From the NCBI GenBank assembly GCA_004322265.1, contig SCSZ01000031.1, positions 13,148-77,147 on the forward strand: DNA of 64,000 nt. The letters are read 5' to 3'. A program made the translations under genes and the position numbers. The DNA comes from Patescibacteria group bacterium. GTDB lineage: Bacteria > Patescibacteriota > Saccharimonadia > Saccharimonadales > Saccharimonadaceae. The notes under the pieces are model-generated. The model did no database searches and was not told where the DNA came from. It saw only the letters and a program-made list of their open reading frames with translations. Of the stretch, positions 7,627 through 15,457 are shown in pieces (positions within the stretch are counted from its first letter, which is position 1; each line of letters opens with the position of its first letter).

Positions 7627-9135
7627 ATGACAAATCCTGACGCCATGGCACCTGAACTACTAGCGCTACCATCAGATGCGCTGACAGTGAAGCAGTATCA
7701 GGAAAAGCTAACGATACTTAATGATACTGTTGGGGCAATTCCGCATAGTACGCGTGAACTGAATATGATGGCTGCACTTGCCCATCCGATCTATCAAGAA
7801 GATGGTGTGGCCGACTATGTTGACGAAGTTGTTCAGGTACAGTCCGATGAAACACCCTTAGAGCTTGCCGAGCAAATTGTTGGGTTCTATCGTGATGCCC
7901 TCATGAACATACGTGATGTGAGTAAGCTGATTGAGCAAATGGATGAAATTGGTCATATTGAACTAGACCATCCAGCCGTACTCGCTGCGGTGAGGCGCCA
8001 CGAAGACACAATGTTATTTATGATGATGCCCGAGGTTCTTAATCTTTATATTGATGACGACTACACTCAGATGGATAACGCTGCCTACGGACAACTTTTG
8101 ATGGCGAACGAAGACACCTCACATGTTCAAGCAGCTTTTGAGGCTGTTGTCGCAGCTGAGCGTGATCGAGCGGCCTTCTGGTTGTCGCAAATTACTGGCT
8201 TTGATAAGGAAGTCGATGGCGAACGGGTTGTACGAAAAGGCTTGGTTGATAGCAGTGATCCGGATGTCCAGGCGTACATTGCTCAGATAGCCGGTATAGA
8301 GCAACCTGTAACAGAACAGGATGAATCCGCTGATATTATCTTCTCGATTGGTAAACGTCCAAAGATTGGGGACACCAGGGCCTGGGAGAAATTCTTACAC
8401 CGTAATCGACTGAATGACGCGTTGCAACTTCACGGATTCTTACCGCAGAGTAATAAAGAAGCGTATAAAATAAAGCAATTTGATCGTCTTAAGAATGACC
8501 CTGCCGAAATCCTGAAATGGATGGACATGACTAATGAATCGAATCGACGCTGGGAAGCACCGAAGGGCAAAGTAGCTAATCCAAAGCAGCGTCTTGACGA
8601 GCTGGTTGGCAGATTTATCGAATATGCTAACGATGCTGATGGTAACAATGAGTCCGCGGATTTTGTCTTAGGAGCAATTGATGAGAAAACTGACGAAACG
8701 ACGTTGTTTAAGGATAGCTTTCCTCCTAATGAATGGTTTCGTGATTATCCGGATCAACTGGAGCCATTTACAAAATTAGTCGAATTTTTGCAAACAGAAG
8801 ATTTTATTCAAAGTGGGCGAGTAGACAATATTACTAAAAAAGCACGTGCCAAGCAAACTCCAACCCAGGAGCAGCTCATTGATGCTGTCATGGAACGGTT
8901 AGGGGATTTGCCTCTTACGAAGGTGGCCGAGATTGCTGATCGTTACAAAATGGATCAAACTAATCGCTACGCTTACTGGAAACAAATTATCGAAGCGACG
9001 CGTAAACATAGTATGACCGTATCGATTGCAGACCGGGCACTGAGCCAGTTGTCGGGTGTCGGACCACGCTACGTAGCACCCGATGACCCGTCGACAGTTA
9101 TTCATCCAACTATGACCGACGAGCAACCCTTCTAA
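7627..9135 (+). CDS. Hypothetical acidic protein (502 aa), ORFan 4
   Basis: ATG with GAGGAG about 9 nt upstream. 1.5-kb open frame ending at a strong terminator. No recognisable motif. Confidence 0.7.
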   Translation: MTNPDAMAPELLALPSDALTVKQYQEKLTILNDTVGAIPHSTRELNMMAALAHPIYQEDGVADYVDEVVQVQSDETPLELAEQIVGFYRDALMNIRDVSKLIEQMDEIGHIELDHPAVLAAVRRHEDTMLFMMMPEVLNLYIDDDYTQMDNAAYGQLLMANEDTSHVQAAFEAVVAAERDRAAFWLSQITGFDKEVDGERVVRKGLVDSSDPDVQAYIAQIAGIEQPVTEQDESADIIFSIGKRPKIGDTRAWEKFLHRNRLNDALQLHGFLPQSNKEAYKIKQFDRLKNDPAEILKWMDMTNESNRRWEAPKGKVANPKQRLDELVGRFIEYANDADGNNESADFVLGAIDEKTDETTLFKDSFPPNEWFRDYPDQLEPFTKLVEFLQTEDFIQSGRVDNITKKARAKQTPTQEQLIDAVMERLGDLPLTKVAEIADRYKMDQTNRYAYWKQIIEATRKHSMTVSIADRALSQLSGVGPRYVAPDDPSTVIHPTMTDEQPF

Positions 9136-9143
9136 TAAAAAAA

Positions 9144-9166
9144 GTCGCACGAATGCGACAGTTTTT
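9144..9166. terminator. Bidirectional intrinsic terminator
   Basis: GTCGCA-cgaa-TGCGAC hairpin flanked by an A-run upstream and AGTTTTT downstream. Sits between the convergent ORFan 4 and the minus-strand tRNA. Confidence 0.75.
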
Positions 9167-9241
9167 GGTGGGGCTGGATGGAATCGAACCATCTACCAAG
9201 TGGTTATGAGCCGCCTGCTCTAACCGATGAGCTACAGCCCC
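9166..9241 (-). tRNA. tRNA with CAT anticodon (elongator Met or Ile2/lysidine type)
   Basis: Reverse complement is GGGGCTGTAGCTCATCGGTTAGAGCAGGCGGCTCATAACCACTTGGTAGATGGTTCGATTCCATCCAGCCCCACCA. Perfect 7-bp acceptor stem, D arm GCTC/GAGC, T arm GATGG-TTCGATT-CCATC, loop CTCATAA, encoded CCA. GCTATAAT promoter 9 nt upstream. Confidence 0.85.
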
Positions 9242-9298
9242 GCTTCACACATTATAGCCTATAGCTACACCTTGAGCTATAATGTAAATGAACGCACT

Positions 9299-9745
9299 AT
9301 GAAAAAAATAAACATCCGTCGCCTCTATTATCACGTTCGACATAAATACTTTACGCTTAATAATGTCGTGATTGCGATTGCTTTTGCGATTGCAGCAGGC
9401 TGGGTGTGGGGATCGCTTGGTGTAATGCAGCGTAATTATAACCTGCAGAAGGATATTGATTACAAGCAGCGACAATTGCAACTGGCACAGTTACAGACGA
9501 GCAGCTTGCAACTCGAGAGTCGCTATTATCAAACTCAGGAGTATCAAGAACTGGCGGCACGTCAGGATTTGGGCTTGGCTCTACCGGGCGAATCTGTTTT
9601 AATCCTGCCACCAAATACGCAAGCGGCAAAAGATGCTGATAATGTAACACCAGTGCAGACAACTACTCCAGTTCAACAAGTCAGTAATTTCACCCAGTGG
9701 ATGAACTTTCTATTTGGCGCGGATAGTAAGAATTCATCGAGCTAG
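9299..9745 (+). CDS. FtsB/DivIC-like septum formation initiator (148 aa)
   Basis: Single N-terminal TM (VVIAIAFAIAAGWVWGSL), then a coiled coil (QKDIDYKQRQLQLAQLQTSSLQLE) and a LGLALPGE motif typical of the family. The ORF-track start at 9227 overlaps the tRNA and was rejected. Confidence 0.65.
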   Translation: MKKINIRRLYYHVRHKYFTLNNVVIAIAFAIAAGWVWGSLGVMQRNYNLQKDIDYKQRQLQLAQLQTSSLQLESRYYQTQEYQELAARQDLGLALPGESVLILPPNTQAAKDADNVTPVQTTTPVQQVSNFTQWMNFLFGADSKNSSS

Positions 9746-9791
9746 GCTGTCTTGTAAAAAACGTCCTGATCTGTTAATATGGTGGATGTAT

Positions 9792-9861
9792 CGCGGATGG
9801 AGTGGTCTAGTCAGCTCCAATTTGCGTCATCAATAGCTCATAACACTGGTTATGATCAGGT
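9792..9861 (+). pseudogene. Decayed partial copy of the initiator tRNA gene
   Basis: CGCGGATGGAGTGGTCTAGTCAGCTCC...GCTCATAAC...ATCAGGT aligns with the real tRNA (CGCGGGGTGGAGCAGTCTGGTCAGCTCGG..GCTCATAACCATCAGGT) but carries insertions. No T arm or 3' acceptor strand. Confidence 0.55.
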
Positions 9862-9895
9862 ACAACAATAGACTAGGTCATGAGTAAACCAATAT

Positions 9896-9973
9896 CGCGG
9901 GGTGGAGCAGTCTGGTCAGCTCGGATGGCTCATAACCATCAGGTCGCAGGTTCGAATCCTGCCCCCGCAACCA
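9896..9973 (+). tRNA. Initiator tRNA-fMet (CAT)
   Basis: CGCGGGGTGGAGCAGTCTGGTCAGCTCGGATGGCTCATAACCATCAGGTCGCAGGTTCGAATCCTGCCCCCGCAACCA. Has the C1:A72 mismatch and near-identity of the acceptor and T arms to the E. coli initiator tRNA as I recall it. Confidence 0.9.
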
Positions 9974-10010
9974 AGAAAAATAGTCATCGCAAGATGGCTA
10001 TTTTTCTTGG
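9971..10010 (+). terminator. Long hairpin immediately after tRNA-fMet
   Basis: CCAAGAAAAATAGTCATC-gcaa-GATGGCTATTTTTCTTGG, one bulge, followed by TT. Confidence 0.6.
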
Positions 10011-10302
10011 TTATGCGATGCTGGGTCCGAACCTGCGGCTTTTTGCAAAGCAAAAATAGTCGCAGGTCGGTGCAGCGATTGAAGCGAAAAAGTGTTTACA
10101 TTTTTTCGTGAACGAGCGGAAGAGCAAACCGCTGTTCGCTGAAAGCGAAAACGGATTTGCGATATCCTGCCCCTAATATATAGAGAATTTGCTTACGTTT
10201 GCAATTTCTAACAAATAAAACATACTAGCATCAAGAGATGGCGCCGCTGTCTCCTAACTTCCGTAGGAAGTTCCACGTACTTTACACGAAAGGTCCTTAG
10301 AA

Positions 10303-10575
10303 ATGGTTGCTGTACTTTTGCTGGTCGAAACTGTGGGTGCGGTGGCTTCTTTCGTCGCCCTTTCCTATATCGGACACTTGTTCTACCTCGATCCTGACAA
10401 TCGACTTCCACGGGTGGTCGATTTTCGCGAACTCAGAGACATCCTCGTCGTTGCGGTACTCTGGTGGGTCGTCATCGCCGTTGCTCTCTGTTTCGTCATT
10501 CTCGCTCTGGCGTGTTCCCCGTGGACGTACAAGAGACCGAAGAAGTCAATGCCAGCGGAGACGATTGGTCTGTAG
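10303..10575 (+). CDS. Possible small two-TM membrane protein (90 aa) in a GC-richer islet
   Basis: ATG ORF with two clear hydrophobic helices and a basic tail (YKRPKKSMP). Several frames are open here because of the higher GC, so the coding status is uncertain. Confidence 0.35.
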   Translation: MVAVLLLVETVGAVASFVALSYIGHLFYLDPDNRLPRVVDFRELRDILVVAVLWWVVIAVALCFVILALACSPWTYKRPKKSMPAETIGL

Positions 10576-10787
10576 GACCGAATACGTGGTGCGTGAACGC
10601 CCACATCCTGTGTATGTATTGAGCAAACTGCTCCATATCGAAGGATGTGGGCGGTTTGCTTTTAAAGGCAAAATTACGTGTTGTACCCCTTGCCCTTTTC
10701 TGTTAGATATAGGTATACTACAAGTAGCCAGACGCTGACGTAGGTAGGACTATCGTCAGCAGTTTAAATTTTAATTGAGAGGAAACT

Positions 10788-11801
10788 ATGATACAGTTCC
10801 AAATCGACCCAGCAAAGTACGCAAGAACATACCTTGCGAGTGGTAGTACGCATGTCGAATTAGCCGAACAGACAAGTCATGAAATGGGCGTCGAGCTAGG
10901 TAATGTCGAGCGCAAAATGTTTCCTAATACAGAACTGTACATTCGTTACGGCGATTCAGTTCGTGGTAAGCATGTCTTCATTATCCAATCACTAGCCGCT
11001 GTAAGCGGTCGTTCGGTAAATGACTCGTTCATGGAAACGTTGATCATGGTCGACGCAGCCAAGCGAGCATCTGCATCAGAAATTACTGTCGTTGTGCCGT
11101 ATCTTGCCTACGGTCGTCAAGATCGTAAGGCTAGGGGACGTGAACCAATTTCGGCCGCTACGGTCATTAGGTCATTACAAAGCGCAGGCGCTGACCGTAT
11201 CGTCAGCGTTGATATGCATTCAGCCCAAACCCAAGCAACCTTTAATGGGCCATTTGATCACCTAACCGCAGAGACGATTATTCAAGAAGCTCTCGAGAAG
11301 CGAGTTGGTGACAACACAGATAAATTCGTGGTTGTTTCACCAGATGGCGGGCGAGCAAAAGTAGCAGAGGACTATGCTCAGGAATTAGGTGTTAATGTCG
11401 TTCACATGACCAAAGCTCGCGATCGTCATGATCCAAGCAAGATCACTCGTCCAGAGACTATTGCTGGTGTTGAAGGTATGACCTGTATGTTGATTGACGA
11501 TATTATTGATACTGCAGGTACATTAGTATCTGCCGCCGAGACTTTGAAACGCTCCGGTGCTGCGCGAATTATTACCTGTGCAACTCATGGTATTTTCTCA
11601 GGTCCCGCACTTGAACGCCTCAAGGCAGCTCCAATCGATGAAATAATCGTTACAAACACTGTTCCAGTCGACAATGCAGTAGAAGTACTTGGCGACAAAT
11701 TAGAAGTTCTATCAATTGCACCAATCCTTGCGCAGACACTCGTCGAAATCGCGACACGTGGTTCCGTATCCAAAATCTTTAATGATCGCAACTACCACTA
11801 G
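10788..11801 (+). CDS. prs: Ribose-phosphate pyrophosphokinase
   Basis: SD GAGAGGAAA upstream. Motifs VVPYLAYGRQDRK and the PRPP-binding loop MLIDDIIDTAGT. Confidence 0.9.
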   Translation: MIQFQIDPAKYARTYLASGSTHVELAEQTSHEMGVELGNVERKMFPNTELYIRYGDSVRGKHVFIIQSLAAVSGRSVNDSFMETLIMVDAAKRASASEITVVVPYLAYGRQDRKARGREPISAATVIRSLQSAGADRIVSVDMHSAQTQATFNGPFDHLTAETIIQEALEKRVGDNTDKFVVVSPDGGRAKVAEDYAQELGVNVVHMTKARDRHDPSKITRPETIAGVEGMTCMLIDDIIDTAGTLVSAAETLKRSGAARIITCATHGIFSGPALERLKAAPIDEIIVTNTVPVDNAVEVLGDKLEVLSIAPILAQTLVEIATRGSVSKIFNDRNYH

Positions 11802-11803
11802 AG

Positions 11804-13177
11804 CTAGCTTAGTTTAGAGGCGGCGATTCTAACTGCTTCGCTCCAACCAAGGAACGCATGCGGAGTCTCGGCAATGTTGTCTGCCGTTAAATTATGTTTA
11901 ATGGCAAGGGCTAACTCTTGAATCATCTCGCCAGCACGAGGAGCAACGATTGTTGCGCCAATTATAACGCCTTTTTTGTCCGTTATGATCTTTACGAAAC
12001 CATCACGAAAATCGGCTGTGTTACTACGAGCTGTCAGATTAAGAGGAGCAATGGCCTTGTTAACCGATAAGTCGCGCTTGAGGCAGTCGTCCTCGCTAAG
12101 CCCAACGTGAGCAATTTCTGGATAGGTGAATATAACACTAGGTGTTGCGGTGTAATCAGGGGCGGCTTTGGCATTACTGAGGATATTATGTGCAGCAATC
12201 CTACTTTCAAGCAGTGCGCTGTGTGTGTTACTGGTTCGACCAAGTACATCACCAGCTGCAAAAATATGTTTAACGTTTGTCTGCAAATATTCGTTGACGT
12301 CAATTCCCTTTGGCGTGTATTTTACCGTTGCGTTCTCCAAGCCCAAATCAACATTTGGCTCACGACCTGCAGCGATAAGGATTTCGTCAGCGCGAACTGA
12401 TTTTTCGACACCACCGCGAGAGATAATGATTCGTTTGCCAAGACCGTCCTTGGCGACAGACAGAACACGAGTTTCTGTCAGCGACGTTACGCCCTTTTGT
12501 TCACGCAACATCCGTTCCATGAGAGTGCCCACCTCCGTATCTAAATGGGGCAGGATGCGACTCGCCTTTTCGGCTAAATATACTTTGGTGCCAAATGTTG
12601 CCATAAGTTGGGCTATCTCGACACCGACTTGACCTGCGCCGATAATGAACAAACTCTTGGGTGGGCGAATTGAATATAGAATTGCTCTGGCTGTAATGTA
12701 GCCGGCCTCCTCGAGCCCTGGAATATCGGGGACGATCCATTTCGAACCCGTAGCAATCAAAAACTTAGCGGCCGAAAGATGTCGACGATTCACGCTGATT
12801 TCGTTAGGTGATAGGAAGCGAGCAATCCCACTAAAGGCACTAATCCCCTGGTTCTCGTAATACCTGCGATTGCCCCCTGCTCCAGTTCGAGCTACAGCCA
12901 AATCTTTCCAGGCACGTAGGGACGGGTAATTATAACCAAGCGTCGAAGTCCGTAGGCCGAATCTGGCGCCTCCGGTAGCTTCGTCATACAAATGTGCGGC
13001 ATGGAGTAATGCGTTAGTCGGTACGTCTCCCCAGTTAGGCGAGTCGCCACCGAATGTGTCAGCCTCGATGATTGCTACACGTTTACCGGCCTTGGCTGCT
13101 AGGGTTGCCGCAGCGCTACCTCCAGCGCCGCTCCCGATAACGATGAGGTCATAATCAAAACTGTGTTTTTTTGCCAT
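11804..13177 (-). CDS. Class I pyridine nucleotide-disulfide oxidoreductase homolog (Lpd/GR-like) lacking the redox-active cysteines (457 aa)
   Basis: FAD motif DLIVIGSGAGGSAAA, NAD motif IIGAGQVGVEIA, C-terminal dimerisation region with H..SE. The usual GGxCxNxGCxPSK segment reads GGDSPNWGDVPTN here. Confidence 0.8.
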   Translation of the reverse strand: MAKKHSFDYDLIVIGSGAGGSAAATLAAKAGKRVAIIEADTFGGDSPNWGDVPTNALLHAAHLYDEATGGARFGLRTSTLGYNYPSLRAWKDLAVARTGAGGNRRYYENQGISAFSGIARFLSPNEISVNRRHLSAAKFLIATGSKWIVPDIPGLEEAGYITARAILYSIRPPKSLFIIGAGQVGVEIAQLMATFGTKVYLAEKASRILPHLDTEVGTLMERMLREQKGVTSLTETRVLSVAKDGLGKRIIISRGGVEKSVRADEILIAAGREPNVDLGLENATVKYTPKGIDVNEYLQTNVKHIFAAGDVLGRTSNTHSALLESRIAAHNILSNAKAAPDYTATPSVIFTYPEIAHVGLSEDDCLKRDLSVNKAIAPLNLTARSNTADFRDGFVKIITDKKGVIIGATIVAPRAGEMIQELALAIKHNLTADNIAETPHAFLGWSEAVRIAASKLS

Positions 13178-13190
13178 AAATCTTCTCCAC

Positions 13191-13478
13191 TTAAATCGTT
13201 ACAAGGTATTGTTCGTACATGTAAGCCGCGTCAGGATGATGGGTATGCAGGTGTTTTGCAGTAACAATACGGATATCTTGACTGGTAATTTCTGGTTTGT
13301 CTTCGAGCCAGTCTATGACGCTATCACATACGGTGCTTGCTATTGATTCGGCTTGGCCTGCAGGGGTACGAACGCTGAGACAGGCCGCAACAACACTGGC
13401 GTGAAGTTTATCCCGTAGAAAATATTCTGGTTGGCGTCTATCACCTCGTTTGACGACATCAACGACAGTCCCAACCAT
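13191..13478 (-). CDS. Stand-alone ATP-cone domain protein (95 aa)
   Basis: VVKRGDRRQPEYFLRDKLHASVVAA... matches the ATP-cone pattern (V.KRdG....F...Ki). Its start overlaps the upstream stop (TAATG). Confidence 0.6.
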   Translation of the reverse strand: MVGTVVDVVKRGDRRQPEYFLRDKLHASVVAACLSVRTPAGQAESIASTVCDSVIDWLEDKPEITSQDIRIVTAKHLHTHHPDAAYMYEQYLVTI

Positions 13479-14194
13479 TACATACCCCCCGCGACGATGT
13501 GAAAGACTACTTCATTAACGTAGACGAAAAATCCGAGAATCAGCAGTCCACCGCCACCAGCAAAACGCAGGAATTGTTTGTTATTCTCACGCCATTTTTG
13601 AATACGGCTCAGGCTGTGTCCGCTACCGATTAGTCCCCAGACTGTTAATGAAGAGAGGGTTGAAATAATCGTATACATGGCAAGACCGACTAACTGCCAG
13701 ATAGCAGGCAGGCCAATTAGGACAAGTGCGGTAACAATAATTGGTCCGATAATGAATAGTAACTCACTAATAACACCAGTGAGGCCAAGACTAAATGATT
13801 CTGCGGATGTCCTAGTTGCTTTACTACGTTCGTTTAAGTGCTTGGCAAACGAGCGGGGAATCCAGAGTGATGTTCCCTTTTCGCGGCGGTAATAGAATAG
13901 CCAAACCGCAATACCAATACCAACTAATAATCCGCAGGCACACGCCCAGACAAGCTGCGGGACGGTAGAGCCAAAAATATCGAGCAGGACAAGTGCCGCG
14001 AATGAAACCAACAGTAACGTCATGACCTTGGTACCAATAATAAAGCTGAGTGTTAGGCGCATCAGCTTGGCATGGGAACGTTTGGCGCCAATCGTATGGC
14101 TACTAAGCATTGTTAGTACACTCACACTTAGCTGGAAGCTGGCATGAATAAGAGCGGCGAAGCCGACAGCGAGGAGCGAGGTGAGTATGTCCAT
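13478..14194 (-). CDS. Polytopic membrane protein, unknown function (238 aa)
   Basis: About six hydrophobic helices. Start placed at the ATG at 14194 (MDILTSLLAVGF...). The longer ORF to 14365 is AT-rich and looks like non-coding sequence. Confidence 0.6.
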   Translation of the reverse strand: MDILTSLLAVGFAALIHASFQLSVSVLTMLSSHTIGAKRSHAKLMRLTLSFIIGTKVMTLLLVSFAALVLLDIFGSTVPQLVWACACGLLVGIGIAVWLFYYRREKGTSLWIPRSFAKHLNERSKATRTSAESFSLGLTGVISELLFIIGPIIVTALVLIGLPAIWQLVGLAMYTIISTLSSLTVWGLIGSGHSLSRIQKWRENNKQFLRFAGGGGLLILGFFVYVNEVVFHIVAGGM

Positions 14195-14349
14195 ATGTTT
14201 ATTTTTTGTTTCCTCTCCCTTATTTATAGCATAAACGGGACAAAATGGTAAACAAATAATATGAATACTACAAAATACTATTGCTTTTTTATAACCTTTA
14301 TGCTTAAATAGTATCACTACAAAATAAAACAAAAGAGAAAGCAAAAACA

Positions 14350-14502
14350 ATGGATACAGACGCACCAGCAGCAGATGTAGAATCGGTTACAATGAGCGAT
14401 ATTCTACAATTAACGAGTACCTGGGATCGCCCACGCACAACCGAGGAATTGCTTGGCTTTATCGCCCGCCGCGAAGCAGCACTTTCCAAAGAAAACGAAT
14501 AA
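14350..14502 (+). CDS. Possible small acidic protein (50 aa)
   Basis: ATG..TAA ORF (MDTDAPAADVESVTMSDILQLTSTWDRPRTTEELLGFIARREAALSKENE) in an otherwise empty 317-bp gap. No clear SD. Confidence 0.25.
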   Translation: MDTDAPAADVESVTMSDILQLTSTWDRPRTTEELLGFIARREAALSKENE

Positions 14503-14511
14503 ACTTAAAAA

Positions 14512-15342
14512 TTAAGCAAGGTGATTCATCACGAGCGTGATGACCGAAGATGACATTTCGTCTTTGGACATTTCCCTCGACGTATCTAGAAGATAGATAG
14601 GACGACCGGCTAAGGTGTTCGGCTCGATATCTGGTAGATGTGAGATTTGGACACCAGCAGGACGAACGAGTGGTTGTACTTGGCGTTTCTCATCAGCCTC
14701 GTTACGAGTTTTAATCTGGGTAACGAGTTCGTCAACAGATGCTTTCTCTGTTGGGGTCAGATTATCGTACGGTTGATTGGCAAATCCAAGCGTACGCCTG
14801 GCGCCGATAATAGGATCACAGATAAAATATAGTCCCAGTCGAAAATCACACAAATCTTCATTCTCAAGGACAGCACCAACCTCTTCGAGTGCACGACCGT
14901 CTAGTAGGACAATCTGTATGCCGTCTGCGTGAGCGTCTTTCAGCCATCTTTTTAGGAGCTCATCCTTAAAGTGCTGCGATAATGGGCGGGCACCAATCTT
15001 AGCGCTATTATGACCAACTTCGTTTGTGTAGAGCAGACTATCACGCTCCTCTTTTTCCATATGATAGACATCCTTGACTAGTTGTACGCAATCCTGAATA
15101 TTCTGATCATCACTAAGAAACGCGTCGATTGCATCTGGGTTGTCGAGGTCAACGCCTGCGCGTGAGGCTGCGACAACTAAAACGCGGAACACTTGTCCCG
15201 CGTCAATGAGCATGACACTGTAATTTTTACGGTCACGAAGATAGTTCTTGACTGCTTGGACGATAGTACCTTTACCACTGCGAGCTTCGCCGTCAAATGT
15301 GATCAAAATTGGAAGAGGATTATTCGTTGCCATTGGGGCCAA
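14512..15342 (-). CDS. cmk: Cytidylate kinase-like NMP kinase (276 aa)
   Basis: P-loop FDGEARSGKGT, then DAGQVFRVL, LLDGRALEEVG, ARRTL and RNEADEKRQVQPLVRPAG, all collinear with Cmk motifs. Longer than a typical Cmk. Confidence 0.6.
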   Translation of the reverse strand: MAPMATNNPLPILITFDGEARSGKGTIVQAVKNYLRDRKNYSVMLIDAGQVFRVLVVAASRAGVDLDNPDAIDAFLSDDQNIQDCVQLVKDVYHMEKEERDSLLYTNEVGHNSAKIGARPLSQHFKDELLKRWLKDAHADGIQIVLLDGRALEEVGAVLENEDLCDFRLGLYFICDPIIGARRTLGFANQPYDNLTPTEKASVDELVTQIKTRNEADEKRQVQPLVRPAGVQISHLPDIEPNTLAGRPIYLLDTSREMSKDEMSSSVITLVMNHLA

Positions 15343-15457
15343 CTATAGCAAATTACTTAAGAGGTCGCAAGGCACCCTAGCCCATACTATTTACATGACG
15401 AGCCACGAGTGAGATAATCATAAGTATTATAAAATTATAGTCTATAAGGTAGTATAT

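Noticed and set aside
9227-9298. Upstream start of the FtsB-like ORF
   Set aside because: It would overlap the minus-strand tRNA (9166-9241) and its promoter. The internal ATG at 9299 gives a typical short cytoplasmic tail followed by a TM helix.
10307-10738. 143-aa + strand ORF and 73-aa and 67-aa minus-strand ORFs overlapping the 90-aa candidate
   Set aside because: Their composition is Cys/Arg/Ser-rich and unlike protein. They are open only because of the locally higher GC. The 10303-10575 frame is the only one with coherent TM helices, and even that is low confidence.
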